Positions 40,614-54,154 of a stretch of DNA of 64,000 nucleotides are shown piece after piece; the stretch's first letter is position 1; the number at the start of each line of letters is the position of its first letter. The DNA is from Octopus vulgaris. Its lineage: Eukaryota. The notes under the pieces are model-generated. The model saw only the letters and a program-made list of their open reading frames with translations. It searched no databases and was not told the origin of the DNA. The stretch is taken from assembly GCA_951406725.2 (NCBI GenBank), contig OX597820.1, positions 42,532,001 to 42,596,000 of the forward strand. Reading direction: 5' to 3'. The position numbers were made by a program, and so were the translations under genes.

Positions 40614-41397
40614 TATCTTATATCATTTGCCATAAAGGCAGTACACAGATATGTAGCTTTGCGGGCTGGACAAGACATTAATGAGGTGAACGATAATAAT
40701 GCAAGATGATAACGATGGGAGAAGACAGAAAGCACCCGCCGACCCTCTGCTTCTCTAAAACATTATTCGTTAAAAGCAACATATATAGAGGTATTAAACC
40801 TCTTACAAATATATACAAGAAATTGGTCTAGAAGTCCCTCACAACGGAAACAAAATTTATACACATACATACATATGGAGGCGATAAACCTCTTACATTA
40901 CTCACTCAATCAATATTTTCTTTCTAAATTTTTTTTGCAGCAATCAGCATCGAGCCATTTCATTCGTTTCATAGCTATTATCACAAAAATTTACCACCAT
41001 CTGACTGTCTCTTACACATTGTAGTCACATTTTTTTTTCTGGTTGTAATTCCTGCAAATGCTACCGTCACCGAAACAGACACCACAATCATTACCAGAAT
41101 CTCTGTCATCTGAATTTTATTTCCAATAATAGTAACAACGGCGTAAATAACACTGCAACCACCAATAAGAAAACTATCATTATCGTTGTCATCATCACAA
41201 GCAGAAACAACTACATAAATACTCCAACGACAACAGCGTAAACAGCGAAACCTCATTCCGCATATTATACCGTACCACTTCTGACTCCACTGTAGCAAAC
41301 TAGAACGCTACTGCTACCGCTATTGCCATCACAAGGTTCGTACTGTTGAAAATATTCCGGGATATAACTTTTGTCACATTTACCATAATATACAATG

Positions 41398-41434
41398 CCA
41401 TCGTCATCATAGTCGTCGTCGTCATCGTCGTCAC

Positions 41435-41479
<45 letters not shown>

Positions 41480-41647
41480 TATCATCATCATCATCATCAT
41501 CATCATCATTATCATCATTATCGTCGTCGTCATCATCATCATCATCATCATCACCATCATTATCATCATCATCATCATCATCGTCGTCCTCCTCCTCCTC
41601 CTCCTCCTCCTCCTCCTCATCATCATCATCATCATCATCATCACCAA

Positions 41648-41694
<47 letters not shown>

Positions 41695-41705
41695 CTACCA
41701 CCAAC
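41398..41705. repeat. (CAT)n/(CGT)n/(CCT)n array
   Basis: Visible runs. Confidence 0.97.
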
Positions 41706-43559
41706 GATGTGACAATGGACAGCAAAATTATTGCCAACTCCAGAACAAACAACTATGCTCTACCTAACTTTACGAATACAACCGTCTAACACTCATCAAC
41801 ATAGACACCATCAATCCATTGTAACAATATTTATTGATGGTTTAACAACGTGATTACAGAAACTAACGTTTTCAGAAGCCAAATGGACTTTTAATCCAAT
41901 CGTAAATAATTGTTCCATTCGAACGAACTATCTACTCGCTAAACATTGAATTACAATCAAAGCGGCTAAGTGTTCTAGTATACATCTACGGAACTCCGTA
42001 TATTCCATTGGAATGTCCAACTCTTGGGTGCTGACTTGGCAATATTCATTTATTCAATGTTGGGTTGCCAGCTGCCTCTGCATGGAACTTTATTCTCTAT
42101 GCCATAAATGTTCAATAGAAAGATTAAGGATGATACAGCTTGGAACCAGTGCTGATTCCGGTGTTGTCGAAATGAATAAAGCCAAAACATACGCCACAAA
42201 GTAACGTGTTTAACTATTAAACATTTTCCCCAGCCACTGCTCAGGTCTGGTCAGGTACATTTTTTTCGACCCGATAAGAACGGAAAAAAAAAAAAACGAT
42301 GTCACAACCCAGAAATTTTAACTCAGAAAGCTGGAACCATAACGAATGCGGTCATGCATTCTTATCTGATGGATAATATTTCAATAATATTTTACTTAAT
42401 TAAGGCTTCAAAGGTAATGGGAGTTGAACCGGACCTTCCTCTTGAGCAAACAAATGAAAAACTAAACGAATAGCTATTCCACATTTGTACCCTCGATCGA
42501 TGCAAACCTTAAACAGACTGAATGAAACATTGTGTGAGAAGATCAGCCCTTCTGTGTAAATACAGTCAGCTTTGCGGTTGTCAGAATTTCCGTCAATACA
42601 ATTTCATTTACAAAACATGTGGGGGACCTGAACCAAACGTATACATATGTTCATGCCCCATTTAAATCAGAGGCATAAACATCACAACAAAATGAACGAT
42701 GTATATCACAATCATCTTCCGCATTACTCTCATTGTTCCATTGTTCCAATACTATCTCCACAGCTATTATTCTATTTTTGCTACAAACACAAATGTGTGT
42801 GTCATATTAGTCAACTTTACGACACGTTTACATTGAACTTACTACAGTAACTGAAAATAAAAAGCCACTGTATCAACATGAGACCCAAGAATCATTGTAC
42901 CGGCATAAAAACCAAGAAAGTGACCATTACGTAGTCGCTAACGCTGCTAAGAAAATATACGTAAGCTTCCATTGAATTACGGCCTTCCTTAAAAAATGAA
43001 TGGATACTTTAAATAATGTAATTATAGATATATAAAATCACAAGACGGAATGTTCACAGCTAGTCGACCTTTGAATGTGTGAGGCAGAGATTGGCATATG
43101 TCATATAGTTATCTAAAAATATTAGATTAGATGAAACTATCCTTACATCTACAGTTAAAATTCACTCTAGAAATCTAAAACCAATAAGCAAGGGTGATAA
43201 CTCCAACAATAGCAACTATTGTCAGATTTGTAGAAATATAAAACAATCTACTTAAAATTCTTTATTTTTCTCAGTGATGTTTCTTGAGAGATCCATTGTC
43301 TCAGTCTTTGAAACTCTTGTTTTCATTTCTACCTCATGTTGAATCGGCAGTCAACCAATCCAGAACATGTTGGTGGTCACTTTTTGTTGAGTCAAGAGTA
43401 CCATGTCGTCCCGAGATATCAAGCGACAGATCCCACAACCACCGATTATGATACCACTTACACAATGGCTGCACATGTCAATCAACTTCATAAAGATTAT
43501 GAAAACGAGAGGTTACAAAACGCACCCTTGCTAGAGTCGAAAAACCAACGGTCAGCGAT

Positions 43560-43952
43560 GTTGAGTAATAACGGAAAGATTACAAATAGGAATACAAGCT
43601 GCTGAAAAGTGGTTACACTGACAGACCTCTGGAGAAACATTATATGATAGGGTGCCTAATTCGAAGATCAAGGATTGTCGCCTGGTCATTCTGCTACTTC
43701 ACCACATTGAGCGGTCATAGATCCGACATTCGAGAAAGGATCGAAGAAAAGACTCTTGAATCCGAGCCAACAAGCAAGACACCTAGGGGAAGAGCAAGAA
43801 CTATATGGTTGAATAATATCCATAGTCTCAGATGGTCACGGCTGGAACCCAGCAATGAAGTTTAATGACGGTTGCTTCTGAGGGGATCCTATGATGCATG
43901 AGAACTCTACTCTGATACGCCGCCAAGGAATAGTGGCCAGTGAAGATGGACA
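43560..43952 (+). mobile_element. Decayed RTE/Rex3-like LINE 3' fragment
   Basis: EKTLESEPTSKTPRGRARTIWLNNIHSLRWSRL resembles the G.RPRGRPRTRW.D.I..L.WSRLG motif; ends gaagatgga. Confidence 0.7.
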
Positions 43953-44164
43953 AATTAAAAAACAGTATAACAATGAGTGTTTATTTTCGTGAATAAATAG
44001 GAGTTAATTCTATATAAGTCAACTCATAGTTAGCAGAAAATGTAAGGGCGATCACGAAAATATAAGATGTGATGGCAGCAAGAATAATATTTTCTCTTGC
44101 AGAGAATGAACGATTAGTGAGTTTGAACTTATATATAGTATATATATATATATATACTTTTATT

Positions 44165-44352
44165 CTTTTATTTTTCTTTTACATGTTTCGATCATTTGAC
44201 TATGGCCATGCTGGAGCACTGCCTTTAGTCGAACAAATCGACCCCAGGACTTAGTTTTTATAACCCAAGTACATATTTTAAGTTGGTGTGTTTACGGGGA
44301 CGTAAACACACCAACATCGGTTGACAGGTGATGGTGGGAGGACTAACACAGA
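44165..44352 (-). mobile_element. Family B SINE 3' half
   Basis: catttgactatggccatgctggagcactgcctttagtcgaacaaatcgaccccaggactt. Confidence 0.88.
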
Positions 44353-44358
44353 CCATAA

Positions 44359-44407
<49 letters not shown>

Positions 44408-44515
44408 CATACATACACACACACACTTATACATATATATTACCCTGTTTCTAATTATATCATGTTACATATATATCTGTGTATATGTATTTATATACAT
44501 ATATATAAACATATA

Positions 44516-44574
<59 letters not shown>

Positions 44575-45669
44575 TTATTTATTTATATATATATATATAC
44601 ATATTTATATATACTTATATAACTCTATCAATTCAGGGACGATACAACCGGTAGCCAACGAATTAGTAAAGTGACTCTCTTTATTAGAAAATGTAGACCA
44701 CTTTTGAACGCATCTACAATAAACGACACATCCATTATGACCTTAGTATAACTCAGACACAGACGTAAATATTTAAAATGAAGCATTGAAGAGATACCCA
44801 AGAATTCATTAAAAACAGTCCCAATCACTGCTATAATCCACAACTAGTCACTTTTTGATCACCTGACCATTTAACATCTTACTACTATCGTACCACCTGC
44901 ATTCCCTTATTATCTCTTCTCTTTCTCATTCTTCTTCTTCGTCTTCTTCCTTTCCGCTACCTTCTTCCTAACTTTACCACTATTGCTGTTTAGAATAACA
45001 CCTACGCAAATATTATGAACAATACATTCAAAAGAAATGTCTCAAGAATTCAATCACTACTACCATCCACAACAAGTCACTTTCAGGACACTTGACCATT
45101 GAACATCCTCCTACTATCATGGCACTCCCGCGTTCTTCTCTTTCTCTTTCTCCTCTTCTTCCTCCACCTTCTTCTTCTTCTTTTTCTTCTTCTCTGCCAA
45201 GTATTCACAACGATCTCGAACCCACAAGATTAAACACGAGAGGCAGAGAAAGGCAGAAACAAAGAAAATGCCCCTTTTATTTGAATACTATGCAAATATT
45301 CTTTTAAAACACTTTTCTTTTAATTTTCCCAAAATTTAATTGTTTTCAATACTTACTGTTGAAAAAGTCTCAATGACTGAAACCGGTGCTGAAATTTTTT
45401 ATAAAATTATTTTAGCATTTTCTACCTTAACTTTTTTCCCATATATATAAGTGTGTGCGTGTATGTGTGTGTATGTGTGTGTGTGAGTATACACATATAT
45501 ATATGTATATAATATTTATATATACTTATGTATATATATATGTATGTGTATGTGTATACACATATATGTATATAATGATATTTATATATACGTATGTATA
45601 TATATATATGTGTGTGTGTGTGTGTGACTGTGTGTGTGTGACTGTGTTTGTGTTCGTGCGTGTTGATTT

Positions 45670-45852
45670 TGTTGCTTAGATCTAGTTCAATCCTAATTAA
45701 GTTGATCTATTTATGATCAAAGACATTTCTTGCAGACCTGACTATCCTACTTTTGCCTATATATTTGGAAATACATATCACAATTTCCAAAACGTAGTTT
45801 TCTAAGACAGCAGGATATTATTTGAGGGAGACTTAACTACTATTTCTAGAAT
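45670..45852. repeat. Interspersed repeat family D, degenerate copy
   Basis: ttgttgcttag..tatgatcaaagacatt..atttgagggagacttaactactatttctag; related to 18470-18535. Confidence 0.55.
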
Positions 45853-47121
45853 GCCAACACTGCCATGATTGATGGTAAAATTGTTGCTGCCATCGTTATT
45901 GGCTGCAATGACAATAAATGTCACGTTGATGTGGCGACTTAGGTTCCTGTGGCTGGGGGCAGCGACTGTAGTGGTATTGACAGCATCATTTTTGTTATTT
46001 GTGGTGGAGGTAATGGTAATAGTGATAGCAGCGTTGAATGAGGCTGTAGTTGTTAACATTAGCACGTGCAGCGGTTCCTTTGCTGGGTTTGCTTCTTCTC
46101 TTTTTCAGGAAAGTGTTAGAGAGCCAGAGAGTCACGCTGACCATTCATCCCTTCATATCCATCTGCTCAACGAAGACGGTTCTTCTCCTTTCAGCAACTC
46201 CTCCTTCTTCATATTACTAACCTTCACTCATCGCTTCATCGACTGCTCTCACCACCACCCTAAGGGTTACAAAAAAAATGACAGAGGGAGAAGCGAAACA
46301 AAGACAAAAAGGCATTTGAAACAAATTCTCGGGCAATTTTCTAATTGACCTTACAGGATGAGCAACAAGAAACTGTCCACTCATCTTTCCGTGTTGGTCA
46401 ACCCTGCAACAAAAGAATCAATAACAATATCCCAGATGGGTAAAATCAGTAATACTTCGAACAACTTACGTAGCGTTGAAAACAACGTGACACGTAGACA
46501 GGAGCAGGGAATATACCCTCCTTGCATACACAACACTATGATCCCAATCCATCACACCTCTAGATTCTATAACTGCTATCACTACCGCAATTGATTCTAT
46601 CATCACGACGACAACGGCCAACCAACAACAATACAAACACGGCTATTAACAAACAACACTACTATACACAATATGTACAGATAAATCTTTCCTTCTACAT
46701 CCATCACCACAAACATACGATACCACAAACAACAACAACAACACTACAACACCACAACAGAAAAGCACTCACCCCCTTCAACGCAATTACCTTCATCCTA
46801 CTGCCTATCTAAGTCTTATAACTAAATCCCCTGTTCATTCACGTCCACCACTGATTCCAATTTCACACGCAGGAAATTTATACCTTTTATAAAGCCAGTA
46901 GTGTCTAAAGCAGTTTGAAGGCCGCTACAGTGTACATATCGAGAGCTATGTATTAATTAAATTTAAACCCTGCCAGTCTGCCTCTTTAGCCTTTCCCACC
47001 AGGGAGCCATGTTGTTGAACGATAGCGAGGCAAACACGTGATGCCGCAATTACATTGACATCCCAGCCTACAATGATATCGATTACTAACATCCCACTTC
47101 GCCTGTCCTTCCTCTTCCTCA

Positions 47122-47122
47122 T

Positions 47123-47166
<44 letters not shown>

Positions 47167-47461
47167 TTCTTTTCTTTTTCTTCTTCTTCTTCTTCTTCTT
47201 CTTCTTCTTCTTCTTCTTCTTCTTCTTCTTCTTCTTCTCCTCCGGCAGCAGCAGCGTTAGAAACACCATCACCACATTTGTCGACGCCGCAGCCACGAGA
47301 ATGACGACCACGAGAACACGACAGCCAGCCACCACCACGACAACTATTACAACCACCACCACTACCACGATCATAACGATGACCACCAACACCAAAGCCA
47401 ACCCTACCATTACTACTGCTACTGCAACTTCTACCACCATCACCACCACCACCACCACTAG

Positions 47462-47543
<82 letters not shown>

Positions 47544-47745
47544 ACCACCACCACCACCACCACCATTGGCATCGTCATCTCATTTTCATCCTCGTATTCA
47601 TTTCTTCCCCTTCTTCGTTCCACCTCTTCGCTCCTCCTCTATCTCTTCATCTCCTCCCTCCTCCCTATTTTAATTCTTTTCCACGTCGTTGTCGTCGTCG
47701 TCGTCGTCGTCATCATCATCACCATCACCATCATCATCATCCCTA
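47122..47745. repeat. Compound (TTTC)/(TTC)/(ACC)/(ACT)/(GCT)/(GTC)/(ATC) array
   Basis: Visible runs; explains ORFs 46946-47623 and 47055-47795. Confidence 0.95.
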
Positions 47746-49363
47746 ACAACGCCATCAACACCATAAACACCAATTTCTTATTCACTCTCTTCTAGGTTGC
47801 CTGTTACACTGGGATTTTATTTCTTGCATTACTCGCCTTGTCTTTTTCTCTTCCCAGTTTCCAAATGCCCATTATGTAATGATTACAACTATGATTAACA
47901 CACCAGAATGTCAACCATATCATCATCCAACAGTTATTACCAACAACAGAACAATAAAGACCTTTTACACTGGGTGCTCACCGCTAGAACAGTTTCCATT
48001 TCAGCACGGTTTTCACCTGGGGTTAAACACCATGAACAATCAATGACTATTAATTGATTAATAGGACATTCTTATTCAGTATTTCTAATAATTCTTAATG
48101 GAAAGGCGGTATTATTCTTTCGTTTTTGGAAAACCAATGCACATATGGTTTACATACAGTATTATTGAGTATGTTAAGCTCGTCACAGTTGATGCTCATA
48201 TTGAGCAATATATGTGTCGATGATTGCACGAAGGACATGGACTTGGAGGAGAATTCAGACAATAATCACTGAGGGAGAAGAGGATTTGGTTATTAGCTAC
48301 CCTATCTATGTTGAACACATGGAGGAAGTCTACACTCAGTGGTGATACTACAAATACGGAGAACAGATGTCCATAGACATCTGTATTTACGTAACAGATA
48401 GCATATTCTTATATTAGTATACCAATATGATAAGCAGTACAAGACATTCGGGTCAGCTTTTAACGAACCCACGGAAATTTCGGGGCATATGATCATTAAG
48501 TGATACATTTTCCTATATTATTTTCAGTTAAGATTTCCTATTAATTCAGTATGCATGTGCAACGTGCGTGTATGAATATTAGATGAGCTTCTTTTTTCTT
48601 TTATCTGAGATGACACAAGAACATACAGCAAAATTTTGTTATATCCAGAAATTACCATGGATGCATAAATCTGAAATGTATATGCAAATCTAACTTAAAC
48701 GTACTAGAGACATTGAGGAAAAATTATACGCAGAAGATATCAAGTTCTTTGGTGGCGGTCTTTTGTGAAAATGATTCTTACTATAAAATAATCTGTAACT
48801 AGTGTCAACAGAAAAAGTAGAAAAATCAAAATAGGTCCATATAGAGAACACATCTGTTGTAATCGAATGTAGTAATGTAGTGACAAAAGGTTTTCGAAAT
48901 GGAATTTACTCAAAAATATCAAGCGAACGTGATTTAACGTGGGTTTACATTTGCAGCTATTGTGTGTGTATGCGCGCGTGTGTGCGTGTGTGTGTGTGTG
49001 TATCTGTCTGCCTGTCTGTGTGCGTGTGCATGTGTGAGTCCGTGTGACTGTGTATGTGTATATATACATGTAAAGGGTTCGGGAAAATCCCTTTCTAACA
49101 CGCTAAAAACAGAAACCAAATGGCACTGAAAACCACAGGGAAAAGATAAGGCGGTTTTTAGTGCCATTAATTCAGCGTATTGCACAGTTTTTTCCCCCGA
49201 TCGTTTTGATATATTTATCTATATAATTATAAATTTAGTATATAAAATTACCTACAAATTTTTATTTCACGCTGACCACCTGATAAAATCATTAGCGCGA
49301 TTTTATCCTTAAGAATATAAAGAATATCAATGTATATAAATATAAATATATGTGTGTGTGTAT

Positions 49364-49409
<46 letters not shown>

Positions 49410-49899
49410 AAGTATATTATATGTGTAACTGCTAAATATTTATCATAAAGGCATAAAAGGAAAAGAAAAAAAATTAGATGAAGGTTCTAGTGACTAGAGT
49501 CTAGTCAATCAATTAAATATTTGTTTGATCAGTACATATTTTACGCATCTTAGCTGGTGGAAATACGTACTGAGTGAAATCAAATAAAATACCTCAATAT
49601 ATTACTCTACAGTTCTGTCAACAATTACTTTTATAACAAATCTAACATTAAAAAGAGAAAAAAACGAAAAGACAGAGTTAACAAATTCTAGGAAGCTATC
49701 AACATCAATCCAGTAGCAACAACTCGTTTTTTTTACAACCAGCAATTTACGAAATATGAAGAATAGAAAGGATAGAAAATAATTAGCTGAAAGTTAAGGG
49801 ACACTGATTGTTGTTTTAAGGAAACATTAAATGTAAAGCTACTCTCTCTTTTTTATTTATTTTATTTTAATTTATTTTATTTTATTTAAAAAATTTTTT

Positions 49900-50061
49900 T
49901 TTGTTCTTCTTTTTCCCTTTTACTATCCCTTTTGATCGAAAACCTACGCCACCTTTTTTTTTTGTTTCTTTTGTTTTTTGCTTTTTTCATCCCCCAAAAG
50001 AAAAGCTCTACCTTGTAACTTGTCCCATCTGTGTGCAGCCCTGTGTGGCCAATAAAGAAAC

Positions 50062-50062
<1 letters not shown>
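49900..50062 (+). mobile_element. Probable L1/Tx1-type LINE 3' UTR end
   Basis: T-rich tract ending ttgtcccatctgtgtgcagccctgtgtggccAATAAAgaaa before (TA)n; clade assignment is inferred. Confidence 0.5.
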
Positions 50063-50121
<59 letters not shown>

Positions 50122-50299
50122 ATGTATACAAAGAGGGAAAGAGAGAAAGAGAGAGATGAGGAAGAGATAAGAATATAGCAAAAGCTAAATCTCAGCACCA
50201 TCGACCTCAAACAGCACACTCTATAGAACAAACGAAACAGTAGAATAATCCAGTGACTCCAGAACAAGCATCGGGATTTAGGAAAAACACGTGTTGCAT

Positions 50300-50813
50300 G
50301 TAAAGTCCATCCTGAACCCGCTTGATGATACCACAGAAACCGATGAAAACATGTTGATAATAGAGCAATAACGATGATTAGGTCTCATGAGATTTTACTT
50401 TACAAATTGACCATGAAATTCAAGCAAGACAATGGTGTATCATTATTCTGGACAAGGTGTCGAAAGAATGCATTATCTTCGATGTGGGTGTATCTCAAAT
50501 GAATGCAGTAGCGAAAGAACAAGGAAAAATAAAATACATGCTAAAGCTTAGGAAGGATAATCCGAAAACTGTGGAGGGTTTCCTCAAAAGTAATCCTTGT
50601 AGTTACAGTTGCCCTAGGTTCCAGTGCCAACAGAGTTGGTACTTTGCTTGTTGTGATCGATGTAACTACGAGAGTTGCTTTAATATAATTTATTACGAAT
50701 AGCAAGGATTTTTCGAAAGGCTCCATATCTAAGGAAAATAGTTGTAACTCGGTATCAAGAACATTGATTCTAAATGTGACAGATTTGTGTATACCATTGT
50801 TGTTGTTGCTGTT

Positions 50814-50875
<62 letters not shown>

Positions 50876-50937
50876 GGTGGTGGTGGATGGTGGTGGTGGT
50901 GGTAGTAATAGTAGTAGTAGTAGTAGTAGTGGTAGTC

Positions 50938-50980
<43 letters not shown>

Positions 50981-50982
50981 TC

Positions 50983-51033
<51 letters not shown>

Positions 51034-51215
51034 AAATTTAAGCCCCGTAGCTATAGTTTCATTAGGAACTATTCAGATAGATCTCAACAGATGGATAGAG
51101 AAATGGTGTTATTAGGGACAGCTAGAAAACTTAGGAGGGTTCTTGACGTCTATGTTGCCTTATTGTAACTCGATGCTAGGAATTTTTCTTTTCTAACAGT
51201 TTAATCTTCTGTGCC
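50300..51215 (+). mobile_element. R4/Dong-like (REL endonuclease) LINE 3' relic split by a (GTA)n/(GGT)n array
   Basis: DFTLQIDHEIQARQWCIIILDKVSKECIIFDVG...KEQGKIKY (~50388-50540); EMVLLGTARKLRRVLDV (~51100-51150); followed by (AAT)n. Confidence 0.75.
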
Positions 51216-51222
51216 AATATGA

Positions 51223-51260
<38 letters not shown>

Positions 51261-51314
51261 TGATAATAATAATACGAAGAAGAAGACGAAGAAGAAGAAG
51301 AAAAAGAAAAAGAC

Positions 51315-51350
<36 letters not shown>

Positions 51351-51351
51351 T

Positions 51352-51725
51352 CTGACGATATGTGCATCTCTGATCACGAGCAGAAGTAGTGGGGGAGCAT
51401 CATAGCCATGTGTTGAGAGGGATTCTTTGGGGTTTGAATAATTCACCTCTGGCAACATGGTTGGTTCTTTCAACATCCTTAAACAACCCTTATTCAGGGA
51501 TCGTTTGAGCGGGATGGGCTACTCAACCTGAAGAAAATTCTAATTGGGCCCCACCTGCAAGGTCATGTGCTGTTTATCTTGATATGAGATCACCATGTCG
51601 CGCACATATGGTTGTGATGCATGTGCCTGGTGTACCCTTACCAGACGGGTAGTCATGATGGCTATATTGGGCTTCGTATATTTTACCCCAGTGTCACTTT
51701 GATGGCATGAACTGCTCTCTCACTC

Positions 51726-51770
<45 letters not shown>
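51352..51770 (+). mobile_element. Family C (AAT)n-tailed element, 5'-truncated
   Basis: Ends ttaccccagtgtcactttgatggcatg.actgctctctcactc + (AAT)n; preceded by (AAT)n. Confidence 0.9.
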
Positions 51771-51821
51771 TATTATTATTAGTATTATAATAATAATAAT
51801 ATCAATTATAATGATGCAGTA

Positions 51822-52150
51822 ACTGATTGGAAGTGTTATCATGTACATTGTTTTGTCTTAGTATAAACGATGGACTACAGCAAATATTTTGCTCAGTACC
51901 ACATATTTGCTTGTCAGTGGTTTGGCCTTAACCAGTTGAGCATGTCGCTTTGTGGCCTACGATATGTGCACCTCTGATCTCGAGCAGGAGTAGTGGGACA
52001 GCATCATAGCCATATCTTGAGATGAATTCTTTCGGGTTTGAATAATTGAGCTCTGTAAACATGGGTATTTTGTTTATCATCCTTAAAACAAACCTTATTC
52101 AGGGACCTCTTGAGTATGATGAAAGCCATCATGACTACCCATCTGATAAC
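51822..52150 (+). mobile_element. Family C element, 3'-truncated with a short inverted piece
   Basis: Matches 52988 onward; ccatcatgactacccatctgataa near 52128 is the reverse complement of a downstream family segment. Confidence 0.85.
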
Positions 52151-52456
52151 TGGTACTTAATTTATCAATTCCGAAAGGCAAAGTCGACAGAGTTTGAACT
52201 CAGAACGTAGCGGCAGACGAAATATCTATTTCTTTACTACCCAGGGGCTAAACACAGAGGAAACAAACAAAGATAGACAGACGGAGTAAGTCGATTATAT
52301 CGACTCTAGTGTGTAACTGGTACTTATTTAATCGACCCCGTAAAGATGAAAGGCAAAGTTGACCCCGGCGGAATTTGAACTTAGAACGTAGCGGCAGACA
52401 AAATACCGCTAAGCATTTTCACCGGAGCGCTAACGTTTCTGCCAGCTCGCCGCCTT
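52148..52456 (-). mobile_element. Family A SINE, dimeric/nested form
   Basis: Same internal junction taaagaaatag.tatttcgtc as the 30509 copy, on the minus strand. Confidence 0.9.
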
Positions 52457-52983
52457 AGGTTAAAAAAAATATTATCACAATAATTAGAAAATATAGTACA
52501 GACTACCTCAGATCTTGTCCTATTAGAATGTAAATACTGGAGGGAAACGACATGAAAAGTAAATGTACAGAAAAACTAGGAATTATGAAAATATCTCCAG
52601 GAGACAAAACCGAAAAAAGAGACACAGCGTGGCAAATATCAGACATAGCAGAGAGACCCCTCCCCACCAAAAAAAAAAGAAAGTAAGAAAGAAAGAAAAA
52701 CCAGAAACGAAGTATCCTACATCAAAACAATTTTAACAAAAGTTCCTTCCTAAATGGAAAGGTATCAATCGGTATGAAAAGCGACAACGATTCTCGCAAT
52801 AAAACACATACTTTGACTCTAACACATAAAGATTTTATCAAGAACTATATAAAAGAAAAAAGAAATCAATGCAGTATGTGAACTCACTAGTTCAAAGAAC
52901 GTAATTAAATACCTCACGGCAGTTAATCGTTTGTTCTACTAAATATGCCATCCACAACTCTAGGCACTCATGGCTTCTGATCA

Positions 52984-53522
52984 CAACTGACTGGAAGTGT
53001 TATCATGTACATTGTTTTTTCTTGGTACAAAAGATGGGCTACAACAAATATTTTACTCAACACCACACATTTGCTTGTCAGATGTTTGACCATAACCATT
53101 TGATCACGTCCCTTAGTGGCTCACGATGTGTGAATCTCTGATCACGAGCAGAAGTAGTGGGGGTGCATCATACCTGTGTGTTGAAAGGAATTCTTAGAGG
53201 TTTGGATAATTCATCTTTGGAAACATGGGTGTTTCTTTCAACATCCTTAAACAATCCTTATTCAGGGACCTTTTAAGGGTGATGGGCTACTCGACCAAAA
53301 GAAAATTCTAACTGGGCCCCACCAGCAAGGTCATGCGCTGTTTATCTTGATATGAGATTACCATGTCGCGCACATGTGGTTGTGATGCATGTGCCTGGTG
53401 TACCCTTATCAGACGGTTAGTCATGATGGCTTCGTATATTTTACCCCAGTGTCACTTTGATGGCATGCACTGCTCTCTCAGTCAATAATAATAATAATGC
53501 TAATAATAATAATAATAATAAT
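52984..53522 (+). mobile_element. Family C (AAT)n-tailed element, longest copy (~500 bp)
   Basis: aactgactggaagtgttatcatgtacattg ... actgctctctcagtc + (AAT)n. Confidence 0.9.
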
Positions 53523-53571
53523 ATGCGCTCGGTAGTGAAGTGAAAGCACGCTATAAAAATAAAACTACTGA

Positions 53572-53652
<81 letters not shown>

Positions 53653-53694
53653 CAACAACAACAACAACACCAACCACAACAACAATAATAATAA

Positions 53695-54142
53695 GCTCAT
53701 AAAATATAAAGATCTGCTAATCGTAATCGGAAAGTTGTGGCATCTCAAGACGGTTACAATACTAGTGATTGTAAGAACACTTGAAATGATCAAAAACGGA
53801 AATGAAAATTATTTAAGAATGATCTCTGGCTTACCATCCATGCAGAAAGTGCAAAATATCGCCTTAACTAGTACGCATTGAGAAAAGCATTGTTGCTCTA
53901 AATTTTCTTTCCTTTTTCTCTCTTTATTTTATTTTACTTTTCTATTTTTTATTTGCTTCCTTTTTCTCTCTGTCTTGCCTTTTTCTCTATCCCATGACTC
54001 TGTAAATGAACAATCTGATATGCCTGTTTTAGAGGCTTACCAATGTATACAGCACGTTTTTTCTGACCTAGGTATCAGGAAGACACTCGGCAAGAAATGT
54101 AAACGGAATTGGAAGAAGGTGCTAATGAAAATAATAATAATA
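53695..54142 (+). mobile_element. R4/Dong-like LINE 3' fragment in (AAT)n
   Basis: KYKDLLIVIGKLWHLKTVTILVIVRTLEMIK...ISGLPSMQKVQNIALTSTH then LRKAL; 3' UTR ends aaaataataataa; long (AAT)n immediately upstream. Confidence 0.8.
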
Positions 54143-54154
54143 CCATCTCATTTA

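Noticed and set aside
46946-47795. Longest ORFs (225 and 246 aa), mucin-like or poly-K/V
   Set aside because: Open on both strands only because of simple repeats.
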